Assembly (NCBI GenBank): GCA_024231025.1
Contig: JAAEQW010000341.1
Span: 54,155-118,154, forward strand
DNA from: Candidatus Omnitrophota bacterium
GTDB lineage: Bacteria > Omnitrophota > Gorgyraeia > Duberdicusellales > 4484-171
Length of the DNA: 64,000 bases
Reading direction: 5' to 3'
Below are positions 25,301 through 36,519 of the stretch, in pieces (the stretch's first letter is position 1; each line of letters starts with the position of its first letter). The notes beneath the pieces were generated by a model, which saw nothing but the letters and a program-made list of their open reading frames with translations, ran no database searches and was not told where the DNA came from. The translations under genes were made by a program, and so were the position numbers.

Positions 25301-26971
25301 TTAATCGTCTGTGTGGAGCTGGCCGCCAAAAGCATCTAGGATATTATTTATAAAATCATCAGGGCTGCCTGAAGCTTGCACACCACCATCAACTTTCACC
25401 TCTTCTTCATCATCCTGCAACTGAAGGTTAAAATCAACTGGCGCGATATCTTCCAAAGCAAATTTGATTTTTACATCTCTGCCTAAAAATTCAGTAATAA
25501 AATTCTCTACAAAGCTGCGATTTTTCTCTTTCTCGACAATCTCCTTATGAAAATAATCTTTTTCACCAAAAGCAACCTTAACAAAATTTCCCTGCGATGA
25601 AAAAGGCTGAGCGAATGAAAGGTGTGAGGCAATTGCTGCCCTTATCTTATGCATTTGAGAAAGAATGCTCTCCCACTTAGTCTTAATCTCAGGCAGTATT
25701 GAATTATCTTCTTTGGCCAGCGGTTTATCAATTGTTCTCACGTCAACTGCGGCTGCCTCTTCTAAATCAAGATTATCCAGCTCTAGCTCAAACTCATCGC
25801 CTAATTCAACGCTTAACCTTTCCTCGCTAATTTCAGGTTTTACTTTTGGTTTAGCTGGCTTAACCGGCATTACCATGTCCTCGCTAGGTATCGCAAATTT
25901 TATAAAAGCAAGCTCTAAAGGGACTCTCACGGTATTGAGCCTGCGAGAAAGTTCTTTTGCTTCAATAAGTAAATCAATTACTTTTAGAATTTCGGCAATG
26001 GTAATGTTTCTTGATGTTTTAAGAAAAAACTCTTTACTATTTGGTGAAACTTCTACTAGATTGTTAAAGTTTTTTTCGCTGATTTTCGCAAGAAGCAGAT
26101 TGCGCAAGCTTTCAATTAAACCGTTAAAGAACACTCCTAAATCTTTTCCATCTTTAATTAAGTTATCGATAAAACCTAACAAAAATGATAGATCTCTATT
26201 AACCAAAGCTTCAACTGCCTGATTAAGACTTACTTCGTTCATGATCCCCAAAAAACCAAGAAGATCATCAACTGCCGCCTTCTGGGCAACAACCGGTGCA
26301 ATCTGATCAAGAAGCGACTCAGCATCACGAATGCTTCCTGCCGCCGCACGGGCAACAACGTATATTAAATTTTCATCTACCTTTAAGTTCTCAACTTTAA
26401 TTATCTTGTGCAATTTCTCAACTATCTTTTCAATCGTAAGTAAACTAAATTGAAATTTCTGACAGCGAGAAAGAATTGTTGGAATAATTTTTTGAGGATG
26501 AGTAGTCGCAAAGATAAACTTTACATGCTCAGGCGGCTCCTCCAACGTTTTAAGTAACGCATTGAAAGCCTCTTGAGTGAGCATGTGTACTTCATCAATA
26601 ATATATATTTTATAGTGGGCGTGTGCCGGTGAAAGCTTTGCTGCCTCTCTTAATGCGCGTATTTCATCAATCCCACGGTTTGAAGCACCATCAATCTCAA
26701 TAACATCTAAAGACACTCCTTTAGTGATATCCACACAGCTAACGCATTGACCACACGGTTTGGTTGTTGGTCCTTTATCGCAATTAAGTGATTTAGCTAA
26801 AATCCTGGCTAAAGATGTTTTACCCACCCCTCTGGGGCCGGTAAAAAGATAGGCATGGTGCACGCGCTTACTCTCAATGGCCTTTTTAAGCGTAGCTACC
26901 ACGTTTTCCTGACCTATAACTTCATCAAAAATCTGGGGCCGATATTGTAGTGCAAAAGCTTTATAACTCAT
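25301..26971 (-). CDS. dnaX: DNA polymerase III subunit gamma/tau
   Basis: YRPQ, GPRGVGKT, Zn cluster, EIDGASN, IDEVHML, SRC. Confidence 0.97.
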   Translation of the reverse strand: MSYKAFALQYRPQIFDEVIGQENVVATLKKAIESKRVHHAYLFTGPRGVGKTSLARILAKSLNCDKGPTTKPCGQCVSCVDITKGVSLDVIEIDGASNRGIDEIRALREAAKLSPAHAHYKIYIIDEVHMLTQEAFNALLKTLEEPPEHVKFIFATTHPQKIIPTILSRCQKFQFSLLTIEKIVEKLHKIIKVENLKVDENLIYVVARAAAGSIRDAESLLDQIAPVVAQKAAVDDLLGFLGIMNEVSLNQAVEALVNRDLSFLLGFIDNLIKDGKDLGVFFNGLIESLRNLLLAKISEKNFNNLVEVSPNSKEFFLKTSRNITIAEILKVIDLLIEAKELSRRLNTVRVPLELAFIKFAIPSEDMVMPVKPAKPKVKPEISEERLSVELGDEFELELDNLDLEEAAAVDVRTIDKPLAKEDNSILPEIKTKWESILSQMHKIRAAIASHLSFAQPFSSQGNFVKVAFGEKDYFHKEIVEKEKNRSFVENFITEFLGRDVKIKFALEDIAPVDFNLQLQDDEEEVKVDGGVQASGSPDDFINNILDAFGGQLHTDD

Positions 26972-27002
26972 AAGGAATTGTTAGTATAATCCTATATTGC
27001 TT

Positions 27003-28634
27003 TTAAGTCAAATTATTTGAGTTGCGGGCATTTTCAACCATATATTGAACAATTTCAAGCTCATCGACATCAAACCAAGTAGCATGACAACGCGAGCAAG
27101 TATCAACTTCCACATGATAAGCGAAAGTATAAAAATGACGCACCATCACCTCGCCGCATTTAGGGCATAGCAGCTCGTGTTTCATTCTAACCGATGAAGC
27201 ATGAAGCTTCTTTCCTGCCTCTTGAATTAATTTAGCCTTACGAATAACTTCCTGCGGAAACCCTTGCTCCTCTCTGGTAACGATACGGGCCATCTTATCA
27301 TCGCTAACAAACATTCCATGACAAATAGTGCATTGTAAGGTTGGAACTCCTTCATATAAAACCTTACTTAAAGATTGCGCACAGCGCGGACAAGTATTAG
27401 TGCCAGTGGGCGCCTTTTGCTTTAGCTTATCAACTAAATTTTTATCATCCGATAAAAGCATGGTTTTGTCCGTTCCTTCCGGCCTTATAAAACTATCAAA
27501 ACGAAGGGTCCCCATCGTTAGCATTTCATGTATCGGAAATGGTCCACTCCATTTTCCCCCATCAGCCACAAACCACTTAGGCTCTCGCACTTTCGCAACT
27601 CTTATGTCAGTATAACGCTTCCTTTTGGTCCCTTCATTTTTTTTCAAAGCAGAAAAATCACTATGACCCATATCTAAAAGAGTGCCAATGCGACGCATCA
27701 CTGGCGGATGGGTTGAAAACATATTTGAAAGTGCACCTTCTTCTTCGTCTAATTTACTAAAATTTGGATTAATAATAAAAAGGCTCTCTAAAGAATCATA
27801 GCCCATACCACCAGCCCGCCACCCGATGCTTATTCTGCGCAGAGCTTGCGCCAAGCTTAAAGGGTCACGCACAAGCCTTGTTGCAACCGCATCAGCGCGA
27901 TACTCACATTGACGTGAAATAAACATGCCGATCAGTTTGCTCACCGAATAAAGAGCTGATGCAACCCCATAGAGCACTGCCATATAAATTATTGCTCCCC
28001 CGCGACTACCTCGACCAGCGCCTCGCATACCCTTTGCAAGAGCGTACCGAATAGATCCATAAATACTGAACAAAGAAACAGCAACTGTTTTAATTAACGT
28101 ATCTTGGGTTACGATATGTGCCGCTTCATGCGCTATAACCGCTTCGAGTTGCGCTCTAGTTAAGCGGGACAAAAGCCCTTCAGTTACACCAATAACAGAA
28201 TTACCTGAAAAATCAGCAATTGAAAAGGCATTCATTCCGTAAACCGGAATAACAACGCAGCCAATTTGCCGGCCCCCCGTTGCAACACTTACTTCGTCTA
28301 TAACATTACGCAAAATTTTATGGTATTTATCTTCTTTGTCGATATTCTGAGCTTTAAGTGTTTTAATTATTCGCGGTAAGTTTGCGTGCGTTGAATAAAA
28401 CCAATGGAACATTCCCACAACAAGCGAAATACTGAAAATATAAAATAAAACTTTAGGGGAAAGAGTAAAAAGCTGTACGGTGCTTACAGCTTTTTTTATC
28501 CGCAAAAGAACCATTCCCCTGGCAACAATAGTTAAAATCCACGCACTAAAAAAATAGAATAAAACCAGAAAGATAAACAAAAAGAAGATTTGTTTGGTTT
28601 TACGTTCTTCAATATCGATAAATGAGAAAGACAT
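27003..28634 (-). CDS. HtpX-like M48 metalloprotease with GYF-like and two Zn-ribbon domains
   Basis: NAF, HEAAH, EYRAD, STHPP; WSGPF; CPRC/CTIC and CPKC/CSRC. Confidence 0.88.
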   Translation of the reverse strand: MSFSFIDIEERKTKQIFFLFIFLVLFYFFSAWILTIVARGMVLLRIKKAVSTVQLFTLSPKVLFYIFSISLVVGMFHWFYSTHANLPRIIKTLKAQNIDKEDKYHKILRNVIDEVSVATGGRQIGCVVIPVYGMNAFSIADFSGNSVIGVTEGLLSRLTRAQLEAVIAHEAAHIVTQDTLIKTVAVSLFSIYGSIRYALAKGMRGAGRGSRGGAIIYMAVLYGVASALYSVSKLIGMFISRQCEYRADAVATRLVRDPLSLAQALRRISIGWRAGGMGYDSLESLFIINPNFSKLDEEEGALSNMFSTHPPVMRRIGTLLDMGHSDFSALKKNEGTKRKRYTDIRVAKVREPKWFVADGGKWSGPFPIHEMLTMGTLRFDSFIRPEGTDKTMLLSDDKNLVDKLKQKAPTGTNTCPRCAQSLSKVLYEGVPTLQCTICHGMFVSDDKMARIVTREEQGFPQEVIRKAKLIQEAGKKLHASSVRMKHELLCPKCGEVMVRHFYTFAYHVEVDTCSRCHATWFDVDELEIVQYMVENARNSNNLT

Positions 28635-28654
28635 TATTTAAACCTTCGGTTTAA

Positions 28655-28795
28655 AGACTATAGACCACAGACCATAGACAGCAGACTATATTTTATTTGG
28701 TAAAGAGCCCTTGGTCGATCCGGTCCCGCCTTTGGCGGGAGGTCTTTTGTCTTTGGTCTTTTGTCTTTGGTCTTTGATTCCCTGTCTTTGGTTTT
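28655..28795. repeat. Heptamer-repeat palindrome with TCCCGCC/GGCGGGA micro-hairpin
   Basis: AGACTAT/AGACCAC repeats versus GGTCTTT/TGTCTTT repeats. Confidence 0.65.
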
Positions 28796-29343
28796 TAAAA
28801 CTGCACTTTAGGAGCTTCTTTTTGAGACTGGTCCTCTATTTCGAAAAACTCACCCTTCGTAAAATTAAACGTGCCTGCAATAATATTTGAAGGAAATACT
28901 TCAATCTGGGTATTGAAACGCATATTTTCGTCGTTATAGTGTTGACGGGCAAAAGATATCTTATTTTCAGTAGTTGTGAGCTCCTCTTGCAAAGAAAGCA
29001 TTTGAGAATCTGCCTTAAGATTAGGATAACTTTCAACAACTGCAAATAAAGATTTTAACGTACCTGATAAAAAGTTCTCTGCTTCGCCCTTGCCCTTAAC
29101 GCCTTGGGCGGATTGCGCCATATTTCTTGCTTGAATAACCTTCTCTAAGGTCTCTCGTTCATGAGTCATATAGCCTTTGGCAACTTCAACCAGGTTTGGT
29201 ATCAAATCATGACGACGTTTTAGTTGCACATCAATTTGTGCCCAAGCATTTTTTACCCTCTGGCGAAGACCAATTAACTTATTATAGATCCCAATCGGTA
29301 TAGCAAGCAAACACACCAAAATAATAATAAATAATATACCCAT
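28795..29343 (-). CDS. lemA: LemA family protein
   Basis: AWAQIDVQLKRRHDLIPNLV, YPNLKA, FPSNIIA; adjacent to HtpX-like gene. Confidence 0.95.
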   Translation of the reverse strand: MGILFIIILVCLLAIPIGIYNKLIGLRQRVKNAWAQIDVQLKRRHDLIPNLVEVAKGYMTHERETLEKVIQARNMAQSAQGVKGKGEAENFLSGTLKSLFAVVESYPNLKADSQMLSLQEELTTTENKISFARQHYNDENMRFNTQIEVFPSNIIAGTFNFTKGEFFEIEDQSQKEAPKVQF

Positions 29344-29426
29344 TACTACCTCCCTTCATATAGTCATAAGCAATAAGGCTCAAAATACAAAAAATTTTAC
29401 GACTCAAAACCTATATCTTATGACTC

Positions 29427-30386
29427 TTACTTAAACAAAATAATCAAAAATATCAAATACCCTAAAAAGAAAATGGCCCCTTCGCGTCGGCCTATTCCGT
29501 GTCTTGTTTTCATAAACACAAAAGCAACTACGCTAAAAAGCAATAGCACCAGAAGCTCAAAACGCAAAATTGATGCATCAATGTGAATCGGCCTTATGCA
29601 GGCTACCACTCCTAAAACCAAAAGAATATTAAAAATGTTGCTGCCAACAACATTACCCACACTTATACTGCTCATCTTTTTTTGTGCGGCAACAAGAGAA
29701 GCTGCCAATTCCGGCAAAGATGTACCTATGGCAAAAACAGTAATACCAATAACCCATGGGCTTACGCCAAAATATTTTGCAAGATTCGCCCCACCGCGCA
29801 CCATTAGGTCTGCACCTAAAACTACCCCCAACAATGAAAGGAAAGAAATAAAAAACGCCACCCTAATGGTATTAGACTTTTTGAAAATGGCTCTAAATTC
29901 AAACCCTTCGATTTCAGAAGGATCAAAAAATTCCTTAGCACCTTTGTAAGATGTAATTAAAAATGCAAAGAAACAAGCAAGAAGAATTAGTCCATCGCTG
30001 CGGCTCAGCACTAAATCAAAACTTAATACAAAAAGCAACAACACGGCCGCGATCATAATTGGCAATTCACGCCGAAGGGCATCTTTGTTCACTTTTAGCG
30101 GACTAATCAAAGCGCACACACCAAGGATTAGTCCAATATTTGCAATGTTACTGCCAATAATATTACCCAACGCAATACCCTCACGATTGTGTATTGCTGC
30201 CATAATACCAACACCGCCTTCCGGCGCACTCGTACCGAAAGCCACAATAACTAAACCGATAAATAGTGGTGATAATTTAAGAAGGTAGGAAAGCCTTACC
30301 GAACTTTGAATAAACCAATCGGAGCTATAAATAAGAACAAGCAGCCCCGTACCGAAAATAATAGCATTTATGATTAACGGACTCAT
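29427..30386 (-). CDS. Calcium/sodium antiporter (YrbG-like)
   Basis: GTSAPE/GTSLPE and GNIIGSN/GNVVGSN repeats. Confidence 0.93.
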   Translation of the reverse strand: MSPLIINAIIFGTGLLVLIYSSDWFIQSSVRLSYLLKLSPLFIGLVIVAFGTSAPEGGVGIMAAIHNREGIALGNIIGSNIANIGLILGVCALISPLKVNKDALRRELPIMIAAVLLLFVLSFDLVLSRSDGLILLACFFAFLITSYKGAKEFFDPSEIEGFEFRAIFKKSNTIRVAFFISFLSLLGVVLGADLMVRGGANLAKYFGVSPWVIGITVFAIGTSLPELAASLVAAQKKMSSISVGNVVGSNIFNILLVLGVVACIRPIHIDASILRFELLVLLLFSVVAFVFMKTRHGIGRREGAIFFLGYLIFLIILFK

Positions 30387-30959
30387 TTAACTCCATGTAC
30401 AGGCAAGCTCAAAATAACCTGTACCATCAGCTAAAGATTTAACAAGTTTAACATCTGGATTTTTACCGCCAGTAAGCTCTAGGGCCACCTTGCAAAAACT
30501 AAACGTAGCAACCTCAATAAGCCGATGTTGTTTTTCAAAACCACAAAATCTAAGCATAATGTTTTTGTGCCCAAGATTGGTAACGGCAACCTCACCGAAA
30601 CTGAAATACTTTTCAAACATCGAAGCGGCACGCTTAATTATAAACTCCGGACTACCCAACTTAATGAATATACTGTAAACACCTCTGAGTTCTTTTTTAG
30701 TGCAATCTGCAGAAAGACGCATAAGTATCGACTCATCGCCACTACCTAGCTCCGACACTATTGCCGCTAAAAGGTGCATGTAAGTGTCAAATGATACCCA
30801 GGTAGTAACTGGTATAAACTTGGAACTCAGTATTCTTTGGTCTTCTTCGCTTACGGCATTTAAAATCTTACTGAAACCCGCATCACCGAAATTTTCTTTT
30901 ACCCAACCTATTGATAGATTAATTCTTACTGCTTTTATTTGCATATTACTTCTCCACAA
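30387..30959 (-). CDS. Hypothetical protein, DUF2378/V4R-like
   Basis: TWV...Y, GVYSIFIKLGSPEFII, terminal TW; overlaps the response regulator gene. Confidence 0.6.
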   Translation of the reverse strand: MWRSNMQIKAVRINLSIGWVKENFGDAGFSKILNAVSEEDQRILSSKFIPVTTWVSFDTYMHLLAAIVSELGSGDESILMRLSADCTKKELRGVYSIFIKLGSPEFIIKRAASMFEKYFSFGEVAVTNLGHKNIMLRFCGFEKQHRLIEVATFSFCKVALELTGGKNPDVKLVKSLADGTGYFELACTWS

Positions 30960-31335
30960 ATAATCCCTTAGCTGTCAAAATTGCCTTAGCTTTAGAAAGA
31001 AACACCTCCATGTTCAAGGGCTTCGGGATGTAATCTACTGCGCCAACTTCTTTTGCCTCTTTCGACACAAAACCAGAATCGTAAGCAGTTACAATTATCG
31101 TATCCGGAAGCTCCTTTGTTTTCTTAACTCTTCTCATCACATCCAACCCATTACATTGCGGCATTTTCAAATCCATTATAACTAAATCAAAGTCATTGTT
31201 TCTAATTGCGTCTATGGCCTGGCGCCCATCTTGAGCAGTTTCAATATCAGCAAAGAATTTTCGCTCTAAACTACCTTTGAAATATGCCAACACCTCTTGC
31301 TCATCCTCAACTATAAGTATCTTTGCCTTATCCAT
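30946..31335 (-). CDS. Single-domain response regulator
   Basis: IVEDE, MDLKMP, TAY, YIPKP. Confidence 0.92.
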   Translation of the reverse strand: MDKAKILIVEDEQEVLAYFKGSLERKFFADIETAQDGRQAIDAIRNNDFDLVIMDLKMPQCNGLDVMRRVKKTKELPDTIIVTAYDSGFVSKEAKEVGAVDYIPKPLNMEVFLSKAKAILTAKGLFVEK

Positions 31336-31405
31336 TCTTCCTCCCGGAATTTAATTCTTATCATGGTACCATTTTATCCCCTAAAATGGTGTTTTCAAGA
31401 TAATT

Positions 31406-31789
31406 TCAATTTTCCTCATTTTTAAAATGCACCAATGGGCCGTCTCCTCCGTTTAACCTCATCGTCATAGATTGATCAATCCAAAAAACTCTTCTATCAA
31501 AAGTTGAGAGCGCATATATCTGAAAACCATTATCTGTTAAGCGATAATCATAAAAATAAGTTTCGCTAATGAAATCACTGGATTGTTGTACGATATCTAA
31601 AATTTTTGGAAACTCATCGCATTCTTTTTGAAATTTATTGCACAACACTGCTAAAATTTGAACTTGTGCAACCGCAAGGCTCTCTTCTGTGTCCATATCC
31701 ACTTCGTTAATATATGTGATATGTGCATCCTGCGCCAAGATATTGATGGAAATAAAGAACGCCGCAATGAGAACACTGATTTTTTTCAT
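31406..31789 (-). CDS. Secreted hypothetical protein
   Basis: Signal peptide MKKISVLIAAFF (start moved from the ORF track). Confidence 0.55.
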   Translation of the reverse strand: MKKISVLIAAFFISINILAQDAHITYINEVDMDTEESLAVAQVQILAVLCNKFQKECDEFPKILDIVQQSSDFISETYFYDYRLTDNGFQIYALSTFDRRVFWIDQSMTMRLNGGDGPLVHFKNEEN

Positions 31790-31932
31790 ACTACAATCAT
31801 ATCGCCGAATAGTCTGCTTTACAATAGGAAAGTACCGCATCAGAAAGATTCTGCCTGGCTAGATTAAGACAACTTACTATTACACTTGCCATTTTTACCC
31901 GATATGATAGCATATGATGGAATAAATAAGAT

Positions 31933-33339
31933 ATGAATATTCTAATTATCGGCGCCGGAACCGTTGGCTTTAGTTTAGCCCAACGGCTACTGCGCTTAAA
32001 TCACCACATTACCGTTATTGAGCAAAAAGAGTCCCTGTGTGATGAAATCAGCGCTAAGCTTGATGTATTCACGATAACCGGACATGGTGCCGATCCGTCA
32101 CTGCTCATAAAAGCTGACATTGCAACGATGGATATGGTAATTGCAGTAACTCCCAGCGATGAGATTAATCTACTTGTTTGCAATTTTGCCATGCAGAATA
32201 ACGTGCCTAGAAGAATCGCCCGAATCAAATCAGACATTTATACCGCCAATAGCTCCTGTATTGATTTAAATAAACTGGGCGTAACAAGTGTTATTGAACC
32301 AGAAAAAGAAGTTGTTGAGAAAATTCTCCAATACATAGAGTTACCAGGAGTAACTGAGGTTGCTAATTTTCAGTCAAACAACATTCTACTGCGAGGATAT
32401 CGAGTCACCAAAGACATGCCGATTGTTAATAAAACTTTACTCCAAATAAAAAACATGGTAGAAACCTCCCCAATGCTAATTGTTGCTATTGTCCGTAATG
32501 GAATGAGCCTCCATCCCCATGGAAACCAAAAACTTCTCATCGACGATGAGATCATTGCAATCATGCCTCGAGAATCATTTAAGTCTTTCTGTAATCTTGT
32601 TAATAAAAAAATTACCAAACTAAAAAAAATCATAGTTTCCGGCGATTCCTTAACTGCCATTCACCTTATTGAAGCATTAAGACCGCTAACCGATAGAATT
32701 TTGCTTGTTGACCCCGACATAGAACACGGTCACTTTGCTGCATCACGCCTTAATAAAATTGACATCCTTCACGGAGACTGCACTGATGCTAATGTCTTAC
32801 AAGAAATCGGCATTGAACATGCCGATTGCTTTATTGCTGCCGGCGAAGACTTCGAAGATAATATCATGTCTTGCTTGCTAGCAAAGAATGCCGGAGCAAG
32901 CATGGTAATCGCTATTCGAAACGACGATAAATACATTAAACTGTTTAGCACCTTAGGTATCGACCACATAGTAAACCCTCAAGACATTACATCAAATATG
33001 ATTGTCGAAAAAATTCAAATGGTACATATTGGTTCTTACTTAAAATTGAAAACAGCAGATATTGAAGTGCAACGTCTAAAGGCAGGCAAAATGTGTCCGA
33101 TAGCCGGAAAAGCGCTCAACACTCTTGATAAATTCATTAAAAAATCGATTATTATCGGGGCTATCGTCAGAGGAAACCAGATAATTATACCTTGGGGTCA
33201 AACAATAATCGAAGAAAACGATGAAGTAATAGTGCTTTGCAAAAAAGAGCAAATCGATTGGGTTATAAAATGGTTTGCTCCTAACCTAGGTGCCAAAATC
33301 GCATCAAAAGTAGAAAAATTCACAAAAAATAATCAGTGA
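31933..33339 (+). CDS. trkA: Trk potassium uptake protein TrkA
   Basis: GAGTVG Rossmann, duplicated RCK_N/RCK_C. Confidence 0.95.
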   Translation: MNILIIGAGTVGFSLAQRLLRLNHHITVIEQKESLCDEISAKLDVFTITGHGADPSLLIKADIATMDMVIAVTPSDEINLLVCNFAMQNNVPRRIARIKSDIYTANSSCIDLNKLGVTSVIEPEKEVVEKILQYIELPGVTEVANFQSNNILLRGYRVTKDMPIVNKTLLQIKNMVETSPMLIVAIVRNGMSLHPHGNQKLLIDDEIIAIMPRESFKSFCNLVNKKITKLKKIIVSGDSLTAIHLIEALRPLTDRILLVDPDIEHGHFAASRLNKIDILHGDCTDANVLQEIGIEHADCFIAAGEDFEDNIMSCLLAKNAGASMVIAIRNDDKYIKLFSTLGIDHIVNPQDITSNMIVEKIQMVHIGSYLKLKTADIEVQRLKAGKMCPIAGKALNTLDKFIKKSIIIGAIVRGNQIIIPWGQTIIEENDEVIVLCKKEQIDWVIKWFAPNLGAKIASKVEKFTKNNQ

Positions 33340-34940
33340 ACAAAAAATTCATTATATTTTCGGTTGGCAAACTTTTAGAGATTCTTGCCTTTATTCTTAT
33401 AATTCCAGCTGCTATTACACTTTTTGAAATTAAGCAGAAGCACTTGCTTGTTGCCATTTTAGACTATCGGCTGGTTGGTTTTATTATCGCAATAATAAGT
33501 TCGTTCGTCACCGGAAACATTTTAAAGACATTTGGCAGTAGCGAATTAAGCGATTCCGGCATAAAAGAAGGTTTTGCGATCGTCACCTTTAGTTGGCTTT
33601 CTTTAACCTTTTTTGGGGCCATACCGCTGATGTCATATTTTCTTCATCAATCCGCAAACATATCAATAATTACTTTTCTTAGCGCTTTTACAGATTCTTA
33701 CTTTGAGATAATGAGCGGTTTTACAACAACCGGAGCCACAGTAATAAGTAATGTCGAAATTTTGCCTTCGGGAATACTTTTTTGGCGAAGCCTTACTCAT
33801 TGGCTTGGCGGCATGGGTATAATCACACTGGCCTTGGCAATATTGCCCGCCTTTGGAATTGCAAGCTATCAAATGTTTAAGGGTGAAGTTCCCGGCCCTA
33901 CTGCCGAACGGCTTAAGCCCCGCCTGGCCCAGACAGCAAAGATTCTCTGGAGCACTTATGCAATGTTAACCTTGCTTGAGGTAATTTTCCTACGAATCGG
34001 CGGTATGACAACGTTTGATGCTCTCTGTCATTCTTTCGGCACTATGGCCACCGGAGGATTCTCTACAAAAAATGCATCAATTGCCGCATACAACAGCCCC
34101 TTTATAGAATGGGTAATTATAGTTTTTATGTTTTTAGCCGGAATGAATTTTATTATCCACTATCGGATACTATTCTTTCGTAAGTTTGATATTTTACAAA
34201 ATAATCGTGAATTTCATTTTTATTTCTTTATTATCCTAATTGCAATTTTAGCCAGCGTAACAGTTCTTGCCGTTAAAGGAGTAAATTCAAAAAGCCAAAT
34301 TGCCCAAAGCTTTCGAAATCAACCATTAACCGAAAAAGCTATTGATAAAAAAATTACAAATGAAGATGCGAGAATCGAGTCTTTCTCTGATAAACTACGC
34401 CACAGCGCCTTTGCGGTAGTTTCAATCACCACCACTACCGGATATTGTTCGGCTGATTCTGACGTTTGGCCGAATTTTATCCGTTATTTACTAGTTATTC
34501 TGATGTTCTTTGGAGGATGCGCGGGATCAACCGGAGGCGGAATAAAAATGATTAGAATCATGGTAATTATTAAATCTGCTTTCCGTGAGATAAAAGCACT
34601 TATTCAGCCTCGCATAGTTTTACCTCTGAAAATTGCCAAAAAAACTTTAGCAGAAAAACAAGTACAAAATATTCTAGGGTTTACTATGCTTTTTTTGGCT
34701 TTTTTTACAGTCTGTTCACTTGCAATGAGTCTATTTATTGAAGATTTTACCACTTCTTTCACTTCCGTGGCCGCAACGATGTGTAATATTGGACCTGGTT
34801 TATCAGGCATTGGCGCAACAGAAAATTATGCGTGGATACCTTTAGGCGGCAAATGGATTCTTGTTCTTTGTATGCTTTTAGGCCGGCTCGAGATCTACAC
34901 TGTCTTAATCGCTTTCGCTCCTATCTCCTGGAAAAAATAA
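33336..34940 (+). CDS. trkH: Trk potassium uptake membrane protein TrkH
   Basis: SGFTTTG, ATGGFS, GSTGGGIK, NIGPG, GRLE. Confidence 0.95.
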   Translation: MNKKFIIFSVGKLLEILAFILIIPAAITLFEIKQKHLLVAILDYRLVGFIIAIISSFVTGNILKTFGSSELSDSGIKEGFAIVTFSWLSLTFFGAIPLMSYFLHQSANISIITFLSAFTDSYFEIMSGFTTTGATVISNVEILPSGILFWRSLTHWLGGMGIITLALAILPAFGIASYQMFKGEVPGPTAERLKPRLAQTAKILWSTYAMLTLLEVIFLRIGGMTTFDALCHSFGTMATGGFSTKNASIAAYNSPFIEWVIIVFMFLAGMNFIIHYRILFFRKFDILQNNREFHFYFFIILIAILASVTVLAVKGVNSKSQIAQSFRNQPLTEKAIDKKITNEDARIESFSDKLRHSAFAVVSITTTTGYCSADSDVWPNFIRYLLVILMFFGGCAGSTGGGIKMIRIMVIIKSAFREIKALIQPRIVLPLKIAKKTLAEKQVQNILGFTMLFLAFFTVCSLAMSLFIEDFTTSFTSVAATMCNIGPGLSGIGATENYAWIPLGGKWILVLCMLLGRLEIYTVLIAFAPISWKK

Positions 34941-34951
34941 TACAAAAACAT

Positions 34952-34982
34952 CAAAAAAAGGGGAGGCATTTCTGTCTCCCCT
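34952..34982. terminator. Terminator between convergent trkH and MFS genes
   Basis: GGGGAGGCA...TGTCTCCCC hairpin with A tract. Confidence 0.6.
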
Positions 34983-35007
34983 CTTATAAACATAGTTGAA
35001 CTAGTGA

Positions 35008-36519
35008 TTAATCTTCGTGACGGCGTTCGCTTCCACGTCGCTCATCTGCCTCTCTTTGTGCTTGACGTCTTTCTCCTCTTCGTCTCTCAATTTGAGCACG
35101 GATATCATAAGCTTTGTCCTCAGAGATCTTAAAAGTTACAATAATGAGAACAGCAATCGTCGAAGTAACAACGGGGATACCAACGTCACAGATTCGCATC
35201 CAGAATAAAGCACTGACTGATTGGTTTAATTCCAATGCAACATCAAAACCTACCATGTTAATTAAGAAACCGGAGATAAGCGATGAAAGGGCTACCCCCA
35301 GCTTAACCATCCACCAATAAACAGCACTAAATGTGCCTTCGCGACGTTCTCCAGTTTTTAACTCGTCAAGATCACAAACATCAGCAACCATAGAATTCAT
35401 AAGCACAAAAAGAGATCCTAACCCAAAAGCTATAAAAGGAGCGCTAATTAATAACAGATAAGGGTTATTGGGATTATAGGCAATCCATTTTAAGGCATAG
35501 CCAAAGATCGAAATAGGGATTGTAATAAAAAAAGTCTTTCTTTTGCCTATATGTGTTGCTAGCCATGAAGTTAAAAATATTACTCCCACGCTACATAATG
35601 CACTAAATGAACCATACCAACCCAGCAACTTACCGCCTTGTGAATAAGCCTCGCCCATAGAGCCAGCCCCTTGGAAAATGTAGTAGAAAACAATATAGGC
35701 AGTGAAGGCAGATGCAAGCATAAACCCGCCAAAAATCAACAATGTAGCACCGCAAAGCTTTACAAAAGGCAAACACTGAAATGATGTAGCTACACCACTA
35801 AAAAACTTTTTTGTGACATTTTTAGCACCGCTAGTATCTGGTTTTGGTAAATCAGTAAAAAACTCTTTACTAAAAATAGCAGGAAGTACGCCTCCAATTA
35901 TAAGGCAAGCACCGATAACAATAGCAATAACTCGCACTCCATGCACCCCATCAGTAAACCAGGCTTTATTATGCATAATCATCCAGGTCCAAGGTGCGAT
36001 AAACCAAGGTAACTGACCAGCAAAACTGCTGACTGCCTGCAGACGTGTCCGTTCATGGTAATCCGGCGTCATCTCGTAGCCTAAAGCGATCCAGGGAATA
36101 GAAAATACTGTGAAGGCCAAGAAAAATAAAAGCTGAAAGAACAAAAAATAACCAACGTAAAACATTTCGCTTCTGCCCTTATACAATTGGAACATAAGAG
36201 CAAACAAAATACCGCCTAAAATAGCACCGACAAGTATTAACGGTCTGCGTCGACCCCAACGTGTTCTAAGATTATCTGAAAAGTATCCAGTGATAGGATC
36301 GGATATAGCATCAACAATACGCGGAAGAAAGCCAATAAAGCCGACTATCGCCGGATTTACGCCCAAGCCAAGGTTTAAAATCATAACCATTTGCCCAATA
36401 AAAGCTGCCTGGGCAGTATTAGCAAATGATCCCATACTGTAGGCTGTTTTTTGGAAGATGGAAACGCGGTCTTCACGTTTCGTAACGTGGTGATGCGGCT
36501 TACTAGCTACTTGCTCCAT
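35008..36519 (-). CDS. MFS transporter, glycoside-pentoside-hexuronide family
   Basis: DAISDP, RWGRRRP, MTPDYHERT, ADVCD...TGERREG. Confidence 0.9.
   Translation of the reverse strand: MEQVASKPHHHVTKREDRVSIFQKTAYSMGSFANTAQAAFIGQMVMILNLGLGVNPAIVGFIGFLPRIVDAISDPITGYFSDNLRTRWGRRRPLILVGAILGGILFALMFQLYKGRSEMFYVGYFLFFQLLFFLAFTVFSIPWIALGYEMTPDYHERTRLQAVSSFAGQLPWFIAPWTWMIMHNKAWFTDGVHGVRVIAIVIGACLIIGGVLPAIFSKEFFTDLPKPDTSGAKNVTKKFFSGVATSFQCLPFVKLCGATLLIFGGFMLASAFTAYIVFYYIFQGAGSMGEAYSQGGKLLGWYGSFSALCSVGVIFLTSWLATHIGKRKTFFITIPISIFGYALKWIAYNPNNPYLLLISAPFIAFGLGSLFVLMNSMVADVCDLDELKTGERREGTFSAVYWWMVKLGVALSSLISGFLINMVGFDVALELNQSVSALFWMRICDVGIPVVTSTIAVLIIVTFKISEDKAYDIRAQIERRRGERRQAQREADERRGSERRHED

Noticed and set aside
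26069-26077. A-run (GAAAAAAAC on coding strand) as dnaX frameshift signal
   Set aside because: Lies near codon 300, inside the clamp-loader core, with no evident stimulatory hairpin.
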